In this document: in pieces, positions 1-7,828 of the stretch
How positions within the stretch are numbered: position 1 is the first letter of the stretch
Layout of the letters: each line of letters begins with the position of its first letter
NCBI GenBank assembly: GCA_963799845.1
Contig: CAWCYI010000009.1
Span: 1-45,691, forward strand
Origin: an uncultured Nitrososphaerota archaeon
Lineage (GTDB): Archaea > Thermoproteota > Nitrososphaeria > Nitrososphaerales > CADDZS01
DNA length: 45,691 nucleotides
Direction of reading: 5' to 3'
Program-made: the position numbers and the translations under genes
Notes under the pieces: model-generated
Databases searched by the model: none
Seen by the model: only the letters and a program-made list of their open reading frames with translations
Told to the model about the DNA's origin: nothing

Positions 1-2
1 TA

Positions 3-533
3 AATTCAAAGAAATACAAACAAGGAATGCAACGGCTCTATGATTGTGAAGCAATAATAAACAAACATAATTCGGAAATTGCCAAAACCCTTGATGAAAT
101 TAGTAAACGAATCGATATTTGCCTCGTCAAATTTCCTATGTTATCTGAAAGATCTAATGACACGCCTTCTTATTATGTTCGAGACAGAATAGAAACCGCT
201 ATCCAAACTCAATCAGAGATTTTATTGAGAGATTCGGATATTATTGCTCGATATGAGAACCAACCAAAGCTCGCAGTGACTGGAAATCCCTTGGCTCATA
301 TTGAAGATTCACTTGTGCGGGGTTTATTCCTTGGAGAACTTAGGGCAGCTGTAATTTCATTCAAATCTAGGCTCTATGTCTATGACAACCTTCAAAGTGC
401 TAATTCATGTTACGGTGATTATTCTATCTTTCTGAATAGAATTATTGAAAGGGTTGAAACTTTTGGCAAGCTAGAAGGCAAGTGCGAGATAGAGATTAGG
501 GAAATCGAAGGCGTGAGTGTGTCTCTATATTGA
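3..533 (+). CDS. Hypothetical protein, probably 5'-truncated by the window edge
   Basis: The 168-aa ORF 27..533 stays open upstream to position 3; no recognisable motif. Confidence 0.55.
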   Translation, partial: NSKKYKQGMQRLYDCEAIINKHNSEIAKTLDEISKRIDICLVKFPMLSERSNDTPSYYVRDRIETAIQTQSEILLRDSDIIARYENQPKLAVTGNPLAHIEDSLVRGLFLGELRAAVISFKSRLYVYDNLQSANSCYGDYSIFLNRIIERVETFGKLEGKCEIEIREIEGVSVSLY

Positions 534-602
534 TACGCACATAGAGAAGCATAGAGAGACAGAAGTACACTAACACTCTAGTACTATTACAGTAATTTAC
601 AC

Positions 603-637
603 AGAGTAAAAAGAGAGTATGAGAGTATAGGAGAGTA
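603..637 (+). repeat. Four short direct repeats AGAGTA at about 10-bp spacing (iteron-like)
   Basis: AGAGTA at 603, 614, 622 and 632 in a purine-rich tract. Confidence 0.55.
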
Positions 638-654
638 AGTGTGTAAATTTAAGG

Positions 655-679
655 GGGGGGCCCACCATTTTAGCCCCCC
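655..679 (-). repeat. 25-bp inverted repeat, left copy (GC-stem hairpin)
   Basis: Reverse complement GGGGGGCTAAAATGGTGGGCCCCCC is identical to 1801-1825; 654-661 pairs with 673-680. Confidence 0.9.
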
Positions 680-841
680 CGCTTCCCTCTCTGGAAATTA
701 ATTGAGAAATTTTCTCTCGTTTTCCTTGGGTTTCAAAGGGAAGTTAGTTGGGTAAATTTGGAAAGTAATTAGGTCCATAACTACTTTCAAAGGGAAATTT
801 TTTGAGCAAAACTCCACTGGGAGAGCCTGAAATTAAACCCC

Positions 842-855
842 CTAAAATGGTGGGC
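842..855 (+). repeat. 14-bp core copy of the inverted-repeat motif
   Basis: CTAAAATGGTGGGC is identical to 1807-1820. Confidence 0.85.
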
Positions 856-977
856 TCCTCCTCCTCCGGCGGAAGCTTGCGGAATTGCCATCAAAGGAGT
901 GGAGAAATTGAAGACTCTGATCGAGTACGCCAAGGTTAATTCAGGGAACAGAATACAAAAAGAGACGATGGACGACT

Positions 978-1433
978 TTGCATAGCTTCGAATCCCGTAT
1001 TGCTTTTAGGTTAAAAGCCATCTCCAAGGTTATGATAGTTTCAGCTGTTCTCTTAGTCGCGATTGGAGCATTACTGATCGGAATTTTTCTAGTTCCAAAT
1101 ATTTCTCATTCGGCTTCTTCCTCTGTCATAACGACTACCTCGGTCATAACGATTGGCACATGTGAGGCTGTAGCCTATGTTCAAGGAGACGAGACCAACC
1201 TATCCTATGTCTACAATGTTACTATAACGACGGATAGTTCGACCACTTATTCTTCAGCGACTTTTTTGGAAACTCAGCCACCCCCATATCCGACGACGAC
1301 ATCTACCTACTATCTTGTAACTCACGCAAGTGCTGTTTCAACTTACACTTTAACAAATTCAACCAGCTTAGGGGGACAAGGTTGCTATCCATCATATTGC
1401 TACACGGTTGCAACATGTGTGTATTCTCCTTAG
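978..1433 (+). CDS. Membrane-anchored/secreted Ser/Thr-rich protein
   Basis: N-terminal hydrophobic helix, Thr/Tyr-rich body with several Cys; start may be the ATG at 1032. Confidence 0.65.
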   Translation: MHSFESRIAFRLKAISKVMIVSAVLLVAIGALLIGIFLVPNISHSASSSVITTTSVITIGTCEAVAYVQGDETNLSYVYNVTITTDSSTTYSSATFLETQPPPYPTTTSTYYLVTHASAVSTYTLTNSTSLGGQGCYPSYCYTVATCVYSP

Positions 1434-1473
1434 GGAAAGGTACCTAATTTTTTTAATCGACATAATACAATAG

Positions 1474-1758
1474 ATCATATCCAATGAAATCAGTGTTGCT
1501 CTAAATGCCTTTGACACGGCTATCCCAGATCTTAAGAAATTACGGAACGTGGGAGAACATATTGATGAATACATTTTGATGAGAGGTCGCAATCAGAATG
1601 TCAACTACAGAGCAATCGCCTCCGGTTCTTGGCATTATCCAAAATTTGAATGGCTAGATTCGACACTTAATGTTGAAATTGCACAAGAAGCTTCCTGGGA
1701 ATTACATTCGTCCCTTAGAAAAGCACTTCGAGAGAAAGGGCTGATACCACCTAAGTAA
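1474..1758 (+). pseudogene. C-terminal remnant of a HEPN-like protein
   Basis: Helical segment ...DLKKLRNVGEHIDEY with an R-x4-H motif; in-frame TAG at 1471 and no clear start. Confidence 0.45.
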
Positions 1759-1800
1759 AAGATTGAGGCAGACAAACTTAATATGAGGGAGGCTAAAAAT

Positions 1801-1825
1801 GGGGGGCTAAAATGGTGGGCCCCCC
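1801..1825 (+). repeat. 25-bp inverted repeat, right copy
   Basis: GGGGGGCTAAAATGGTGGGCCCCCC is the perfect inverse of 655-679; a partial copy GGCTAAAAATG lies just upstream. Confidence 0.9.
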
Positions 1826-2032
1826 AACGCTTACGCGCGGATTTGATTATGAACTAACTAGAGAAAGTTTGCCTCAACATCGCGATGGAAAAGTCGATTC
1901 TACGGCTAGTTGATAACTGATCAATCTACGTCGGGGAAACCAATTTTCTTCAGCAATGCCTGAAACCTGGGATCTGGGTGGAAGTCCTCGATGGACCGGG
2001 GGTATGTTTTCTATTCTAATCTAATTTTTTGC

Positions 2033-2062
2033 AAAAAAAGTGTTGGGAGGAGACCAGATCTT
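2033..2062 (-). terminator. Pyrimidine/T-rich archaeal-type terminator
   Basis: After the stop: ...GGTCTCCTCCCAACACTTTTTTT; a similar GTCTCCCTCCCTTTTCTTTTT follows the 2290 stop. Confidence 0.45.
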
Positions 2063-2245
2063 CTACAGCGACGTTACGTCTCGTATGCAAAACGATGATT
2101 CTCTACCAGAGTCCTCTTCTCCGATCGTGAGAAGACGCTTGACTTCTTCGCATATCTCATCCATGGTCGGCATAGGCATCTGTTCGCCGTTGTCACCTAC
2201 TTGAGGACTAAGTTCAAGTCTGAGTTTGACATAGACTTCTTGCAT
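2063..2245 (-). CDS. Small hypothetical protein
   Basis: 60-aa ATG ORF followed by a T-run. Confidence 0.5.
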   Translation of the reverse strand: MQEVYVKLRLELSPQVGDNGEQMPMPTMDEICEEVKRLLTIGEEDSGRESSFCIRDVTSL

Positions 2246-2289
2246 TTGTTTTCATTTCAAAAAGAAAAAGGGAGGGAGACAAGTGTCTC

Positions 2290-3072
2290 CTATGATGGAC
2301 AGATAGCAGTCCATGAGTAGTAGGCATAAACAGTGTCGCTGTCTGGATTTCCGCTCGGAAAATTGAAGCTAAGCTGGAGTTTTGCACCTGACCATGTGTT
2401 CGTGTATGGAATTGGTGTATCTAGACCTGAAGTAATGGTTGTGAATAGTTCTACATGTGTTGCACCGAGAGTCGTAATTGCTTGAAGTTCAACACTTCCA
2501 CCACTGTCAGACGAAGCTTGAGTGACTCCATCAGTAGTGACCATGATTGTTAGCTGACAGTCTGGTGTAGTCGCACCTGTGTTGTCGAACAGGGTAGTCA
2601 TAAGCGGGTTATCACCTGTGTCTGCATCTGTGAAAGTACCAGAACCACTTTGAATGTTTGGTGTATCAGTTACAGTTGTAGTCACAGTTGATGTTACTGT
2701 CGCTGCTTTTTCGCTGACGGTTGTAGTAGTTGTCTCGCAACAAACTGCTGAAGTTGTGGTAGATGTAACTGTTGATGTGCTGGTATCTGTGACGGTTGAT
2801 GTCGCTGTGGTTGTGCTATCAACAAAGACCGTGCTCGTCGTGGCCTTGGTGATTGTCTTGGTAATGGTCTTCGTCCGATACACAGTGGTAGTATGTCCAA
2901 GCGTTGCAGGTGAGTTCAGAGAACCAGTGGAGTTCGAAGCCGAAACTCCAACTGATGTCACGTAGAGCAGGAACATCACCAGTGCGAGAACGGTGACTAG
3001 AGATCTTGTAGTTACACTGCCTGACTTGGCTAACTTACGACTGCTCTCACTTGTGGATTCTTTTAGGTTCAA
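2290..3072 (-). CDS. Secreted/surface protein with a Thr-rich stalk and C-terminal beta domain
   Basis: Signal peptide (VLALVMFLLYVTSVGVSA), T/V/S-rich low-complexity middle, globular C-terminus with Cys. Confidence 0.75.
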   Translation of the reverse strand: MNLKESTSESSRKLAKSGSVTTRSLVTVLALVMFLLYVTSVGVSASNSTGSLNSPATLGHTTTVYRTKTITKTITKATTSTVFVDSTTTATSTVTDTSTSTVTSTTTSAVCCETTTTTVSEKAATVTSTVTTTVTDTPNIQSGSGTFTDADTGDNPLMTTLFDNTGATTPDCQLTIMVTTDGVTQASSDSGGSVELQAITTLGATHVELFTTITSGLDTPIPYTNTWSGAKLQLSFNFPSGNPDSDTVYAYYSWTAICPS

Positions 3073-3084
3073 TCGAATTCACCT

Positions 3085-3381
3085 TTAAGTTATTGTGACT
3101 GTCTCGTCTCCTGAGACGCTGTACGTTTGTCCGAGGAAATTCACGATGACAGCTCCTATGACAGCACCATTCATAGTTGCGATTTCGACTTTGGTGGGTG
3201 TGCTAGAGAATGAGGACTTGCCAATGTTTGCTGTGTATGAACCTGTATAGCCTACGTTGCCACAAACACTTGTGCAACCATCACTCTGAACAATTGGACT
3301 GAAGACAATAACGCTCACTTCGGTCTGAAAGACCTTAGAGCGGGTCAGAGGTGAAGGCAACATTGGCCTCGTAACCATCAC
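3085..3381 (-). CDS. Hypothetical beta-rich protein or fragment, co-oriented with 2290..3072
   Basis: 98-aa ORF 12 nt upstream of the next gene; start uncertain. Confidence 0.45.
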   Translation of the reverse strand: MMVTRPMLPSPLTRSKVFQTEVSVIVFSPIVQSDGCTSVCGNVGYTGSYTANIGKSSFSSTPTKVEIATMNGAVIGAVIVNFLGQTYSVSGDETVTIT

Positions 3382-3719
3382 ATTTGGATTTGTCCCAAGT
3401 TTATTCTGAACAAGAATCTCTGAAAGGTAAAAACTGCCTCCAGCAAACGTTTTCGCTTATGGAGCAAAGATTTCCAAATATTAATTTTCCAGTTCTGTTT
3501 ACTCAATCATTTTCGAGATTAATGCCTAGCTTTTGAGCTCCTCGAAAAAAACTCCTAATCGATATCCTCTACCACGAATGCTGCTTCACTTTTTGACTAT
3601 TCCTAAGAAGAAATTTTGTTACAATCTAGGTATCTAAACCCGGTTTTAAACAATGAATTCACGATCCTTTTTGAATAAATGAAGCTGGAACCAAGCTTTG
3701 ATTCGGAGATAATCTTCGA

Positions 3720-4139
3720 GTGGTTCAACCAGATGATCACAAATATGGATCATTTGCAAAGAGCATTCTGGATCTCGACTCGAGGATACTCGCCTGCATC
3801 ATTGTAAAGACTCCAGACGGAGCAATATTGGCCGAAGAAGTGAAGCCCGAATTCAGGAGTAGTCTAGGTTCACTTACTCAACGTACCAATGGAATGATAG
3901 GGACATGGTCCATTCTCGCGTTCAGCATCATGGGACGATTGGAAAAAGCAAGATCGAAAATGAATTACCTTGCTTTCGGAAGAGAAAACGACAAAGGAAT
4001 GTTATTTCCAGCGAACATATTCGGAGGCATCATGATCGGGCTAACGATTGAACTGAAAACGGAAACTACAGAAATATACGAATCCATTATGAAGTTCATT
4101 GAGAAAAATATTGGTCAATCGACGCTTAGATTACTCTAA
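3720..4139 (+). CDS. Roadblock/LC7-like protein (DUF6659-like, Nitrososphaerota type)
   Basis: Pattern SILDLDSRILACIIV..DGAIL followed by a helix and a beta hairpin. Confidence 0.6.
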   Translation: MVQPDDHKYGSFAKSILDLDSRILACIIVKTPDGAILAEEVKPEFRSSLGSLTQRTNGMIGTWSILAFSIMGRLEKARSKMNYLAFGRENDKGMLFPANIFGGIMIGLTIELKTETTEIYESIMKFIEKNIGQSTLRLL

Positions 4140-4218
4140 AGCAAGTAATGGTAGATTGGACTATTCCACGATTATACTAGAGGAGTTATTCTCCAACTTA
4201 CTCGCGGGGTTAGTTTCA

Positions 4219-4717
4219 TTACTCGGTGCCTTTCATTCTGAACTCGCAATGGCGATCTCCCTTTGACATGCACAATTCTTCGACACACACAACATCCTTC
4301 TTCAAGATCTTGCAGCCGGCGCCCGCAATCATTCCCGCGATTATCCAACATTCCTTCTGTCCCGTCTGTCCTGAGGAAGCTGCAAAGAAACTATCCTTCA
4401 AAATTACTTTCAGCTTCTCCCTTCAACCCCCAGATTATTGATTGTAGTAAAGGAACTCTGAATTCCCCATATCCTTGACGTTTCCCCCGATCGATGAACT
4501 TGTGGTAGATCTCCAATCTTCCCGAGTTGTTTTGCTCGATGATTTTCGCAATGACTTCTCCGTAGCCCCTTCCCATCTCGTACAGAATTGTGGAGGCACC
4601 GCTCTGAAAGCGCGCATATAGGTTGTCTCTCAGTGCCTTGTAAAAATCAGCGTCGATTATCAGAACACGAAGATTATTCAGGAGAGGATCTTCAAGAAAT
4701 CCACTCTCGGAATTCAT
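4219..4717 (-). CDS. V4R-domain protein (one frameshift near 4415)
   Basis: ILYEMGRGYG and QGYG in one frame; KDSFFA..ECWIIAGMIAG..EELCMSKGDRHCEF (V4R Cys/Glu motif) in the next. Confidence 0.8.
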
Positions 4718-4834
4718 AGTAAGAGAGTAATCCTGGTACTTGGATTCATGGGGCGAATTGAACAAAAAAAGTTTCAAACTCCGAATTTTGATCTAGTCCT
4801 ACAATAATTATCCATTCAAAGGATCGAGAAAGAT

Positions 4835-4954
4835 TCATGAAGTCAATCCATGGTACTTCTTGATGTGCTCAAGATAAAGTGATTCCAGATCAGAGTGAAT
4901 TTTTCCTTCTTGAAGTCTTTTCCAGACTGAATCGCAAAAGAGACATGAGTACAT
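4835..4954 (-). CDS. Small C2H2-type zinc-finger protein (about 39 aa)
   Basis: MYSCLFCD...EHIKKYHG: CxxC plus HxxxxH. Confidence 0.55.
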   Translation of the reverse strand: MYSCLFCDSVWKRLQEGKIHSDLESLYLEHIKKYHGLTS

Positions 4955-5272
4955 CTGGCCACGAACCTCCCTCGACAGACCTTGGGATACGCTTTCCATG
5001 CAAGTAACTTTGACGTTTCTTACATGCAAGAAATAATGGTAAATGCGATAAACCAGATCAACGAACTTTTCTTTTTCACCAAACTAAGCTAAAAATCAGG
5101 AACTTTGCGACCAACTAGATTTTGCTAATACTTTTCAAGGACTCTTCTGCTGGTTTCAATCCAATTGTCGGAGGAGTGCGACCAAGATTTGTAAAAGTCA
5201 GTTAACATATAGACTCGGTCCTGGGGATGGGCGAATGAGATTTCATTGTTATCCGAAGCAGAAGTAAACTAT

Positions 5273-5806
5273 CTAAAGAGTTAGAGACTTGCTAGGGTGG
5301 CGACCGCTCGCAATAAGTGTTCCAAAACTTATAGGTCGAGACAAATCTCTGCTTCGAAAATCTTTGGGGGGAATCTGTATCTCCGCGATAATTGTAGCGA
5401 GCGCGCTTGCAAGCCCGGACTGGTAGTTTAGTAAAATCAAAGTGGCAGTCGCAGTTCCTCCGGCAGTCGACGGGCTTTGATTGATCGCTTCCAGGCCCCA
5501 GAGATTTCCAGCAGTCCCCTTTATTGTTCCGCTCGTGGTCCCGGAGAAATATGAAATCGGGGTAATAGATCCGATCGTGTCTCGCGTGCTTACGATTGAT
5601 ATTATTGTTCCGATCGTTCCGAAGTTTCCGACTGTGCCAATGTCCTGCAAAATCCCGCCTATGATTGATGAGGTCATGTTCCCTGCAAGAATAGTTCCAA
5701 TGGTACCGACAATTTGTCCAAAATCGCTAATCGGTGATAGAATTGTACCCAGCGTTCCAACATCTGCGATATTCGCAGTCGGGATCTGAGCTAAAGGAAG
5801 GCTCAA
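5273..5806 (-). CDS. Virus-like structural protein with GT(I/V/L)GTI repeats
   Basis: Repeats DVGTLGTILSPI, VGTIGTIL and FGTIGTII; the C-terminal IKGTAGNLWGLEAIN...IQIPP...ISF pattern resembles small phage beta-sandwich proteins (from recall). Confidence 0.55.
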   Translation of the reverse strand: MSLPLAQIPTANIADVGTLGTILSPISDFGQIVGTIGTILAGNMTSSIIGGILQDIGTVGNFGTIGTIISIVSTRDTIGSITPISYFSGTTSGTIKGTAGNLWGLEAINQSPSTAGGTATATLILLNYQSGLASALATIIAEIQIPPKDFRSRDLSRPISFGTLIASGRHPSKSLTL

Positions 5807-5825
5807 AGTGAAATTGACCTTGTCG

Positions 5826-6164
5826 CTACATAGATGTACTCTGAACCGCCGTAATGTAGACGCTCGTTATCGTTGAACTGGCTCCGACATTCCAGACCGC
5901 TGCTAGTCTTCCCAAAGGTCCTTGAGCAACCATTCTCTGCCCTACGTTAGGGCCGGCTCTCGCCCACCAGGCGCCCCCGACGATCGCGCTCGTTTTTGAT
6001 TCCACTCGGAGGTTCTACCCCCAATACGTTTGTCTGAATTGAACCTGAAATTACTGAACCGTAAATCGCGTCGACTGTCATGTCCTGCAAAGTTCCCGGG
6101 AGGATCGTTGCCGCCCCATTGAGCTGACTATTTGATTTGTCTGGACGTTCGTCTGAGTGAAGCT
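5826..6164 (-). pseudogene. Small beta-sandwich virus-like protein, frameshifted; absent from the ORF track
   Basis: Manual translation: ..NGAATILPGTLQDMTVDAIYGSVISGSIQTNVLGVEPPSG/KTSAIVGGAWWARAGPNVGQRMVAQGPLGRLAAVWNVGASSTITSVYITAVQSTSM*. Confidence 0.55.
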
Positions 6165-6427
6165 TTACTGAACGGTTACAAAGCCGCTGATTATGGTTCC
6201 GACTGTACCCACATCAGTCAGCTGACCAGAAGAGATGGAGGCGGTTGAATTTTCAAACTGAATTGTTCCAATCGTCGCAATAGCTGCAATCGCTCCGACC
6301 TGAATTGGAGAGAGAATAGTCCAATGGTTCCTACGTGGGAAAGCTGACCGGACGAAATCGTCGCGGTGACTCCGCCGGAAAGTATTGTCGCTATCCATTG
6401 GGCGGGTCTCACTTCTGGAAGAGCCAT
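6165..6427 (-). pseudogene. Small GTIGTI-repeat protein (one frameshift)
   Basis: Joining ORFs 6218..6427 and 6165..6398 gives ATISSGQLSHVGTIGTILSPI and ASISSGQLTDVGTVGTIIS; AGGAGG lies upstream. Confidence 0.65.
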
Positions 6428-6456
6428 ATGCTAATTCATTTCCTCCTTTATTCCAA

Positions 6457-7023
6457 CTATGTCTTTCTTTGAGCGGTCACGCCGAATCCGACGACAGTTC
6501 CTATTATGGTTCCTGCCGCGGCAAGAATTTCACCGAGGGAGTTTGGCGCCATGATTCTCTGCCTCTGACCATTTAACATCCAGTAGCTCGATACTATTGT
6601 GCTTGTCGCCAATAGAGTAATCGGATCAATACTCATGAGCGCGACCTGCAGTGAACCGGTTGAACTTAGTCGCGGTGCCCACGACGATGTCAACGCTAAT
6701 CGAATCGAAAATTGCCATGTCCACCGTACCTGTAAATCCACCGATGAGTGATGCGCTCTGCTCTAAAACCACGCGACTCGAAAATCTCTCGATCACCACC
6801 GTTCCGATGGTACCGATAGACTCGACTTGAACGTTTACTCCAATCGGTGAGAGTATGGTTCCGATTGTCCCAACATTTGAGAGCTAACTAGAAACGATGG
6901 AGGAAATGATTGTTCCTGTGCTGGAGCCAACGACCGCGACCGGGGGTAGAATAGTGCCAATTGTTCCGACATCGGACAGAATAGCGCTCGAGCCACCGAT
7001 GGACACCTCATTTCACTTCTCAC
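6457..7023 (-). pseudogene. GTIGTI-repeat protein with a C-terminal domain paralogous to 5826..6164
   Basis: DVGTIGTILPPV, SS*LSNVGTIGTILSPI (TAG at 6884-6886), SIGTIGTV, then a frameshift near 6668 into GSLQVALMSIDP...QRIMAPNSLGEILAA. Confidence 0.6.
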
Positions 7024-7038
7024 TTTTCACTGCCAGAG

Positions 7039-7434
7039 TTACTTGGTTGCTGATATTCTGACCGTCGATTGGGCTCCCCCGGCGCCCGTCGTGAACATAT
7101 TTTTCGAATCTGGTCCTGCTACATGTCGTATCTGAGTGGCCCTTCATTCGACTTCCACGGAGTCTTGTCAAAGTAATCGCGATTCAAGACGTGATACACC
7201 CAGCCAGGCCCGTCGTTGAACATGATCACCGATCTCTAAGGCAAGCCGAAAGGCTGGGTGTTTGATTCGTCGATCTCCGCAATTCCAGGTCTAACATTGA
7301 CCGTGAGGCTTCTAGAAAAGTCAAATGGGGATTTGGGATTTGAGAATGTCGAGGATGTCCTTGATTAAGTCGTTTTGATCATCCTGAGTTATGACCTGCA
7401 TTATGCTGGGAGTCGAAACCCTCTGGTTCTCCAT
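7039..7434 (-). pseudogene. Decayed virus-like protein with an NDGP motif
   Basis: MENQ...ILKSQIPI*.../..GLP*RSVIMFNDGPGWVYHVLN...YDM*QDQIRKI/FTTGAGGAQSTVRISATK*; nonsense codons at 7321, 7236 and 7119. Confidence 0.55.
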
Positions 7435-7489
7435 CGAAGGGAGAAGTTTTCTTTTCTCAATGGAGAAGAGATTTCACGTCACTTCCCTT

Positions 7490-7693
7490 TCAAATTTTCA
7501 TAGTCCTGAGTCTTCGCTTCCGATCCTTCCAGGTCCACGTTTCCTCATTTGTGAGTACTGCAGGCCTCTGTTGTGATTGCTGCAGTTGCTGAGGGTATGC
7601 TAAGGCTCCGATAGCCAATCCAGCTATCAGGGCGGCGATTGCAAGGCCGCCCATGATCAGCCAAGTGGTTAGTGAGATATCCTCAAGCGCCAT
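7490..7693 (-). CDS. Small single-TM protein (virus-like), C-terminal NEETWTW motif
   Basis: MALEDISLTTWLIMGGLAIAALIAGLAIGALAY...NEETWTWKDRKRRLR; the last codons are probably frameshifted. Confidence 0.55.
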   Translation of the reverse strand: MALEDISLTTWLIMGGLAIAALIAGLAIGALAYPQQLQQSQQRPAVLTNEETWTWKDRKRRLRTMKI

Positions 7694-7828
7694 TCCGTAC
7701 ACGCCATTTATCATTAACACCCAGAGATTATTAGGATAATCCTATTTTTCGCAATATAGAGCTGACCTCGAATCCGGATCTAAGCTTCTGAATATTCTTA
7801 ACGATTGTTAGGCATATCTTGGGACAAG

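Noticed and set aside
582-590. TACTATTAC matches the CRESS-virus nonanucleotide NANTATTAC
   Set aside because: It is not in the loop of a convincing stem, and no HUH Rep motif is visible nearby.
658-667. GGGCCCACCA resembles a tRNA 3' acceptor end (possible att site)
   Set aside because: No T-arm (GTTCRA) or cloverleaf upstream in any copy; 10 nt is too short to support a tRNA or att call.
2654-2965. Val-rich ORF on the + strand, and similar antisense ORFs such as 5481..5789, 9987..10409 and 38694..39308
   Set aside because: These are shadows of real genes on the opposite strand.
6884-7238. Three in-frame TAGs suggesting amber recoding or pyrrolysine
   Set aside because: Neighbouring genes use TAG as a true stop, an in-frame TGA and frameshifts co-occur, and the replaced residues do not appear to be the same; decay is simpler.
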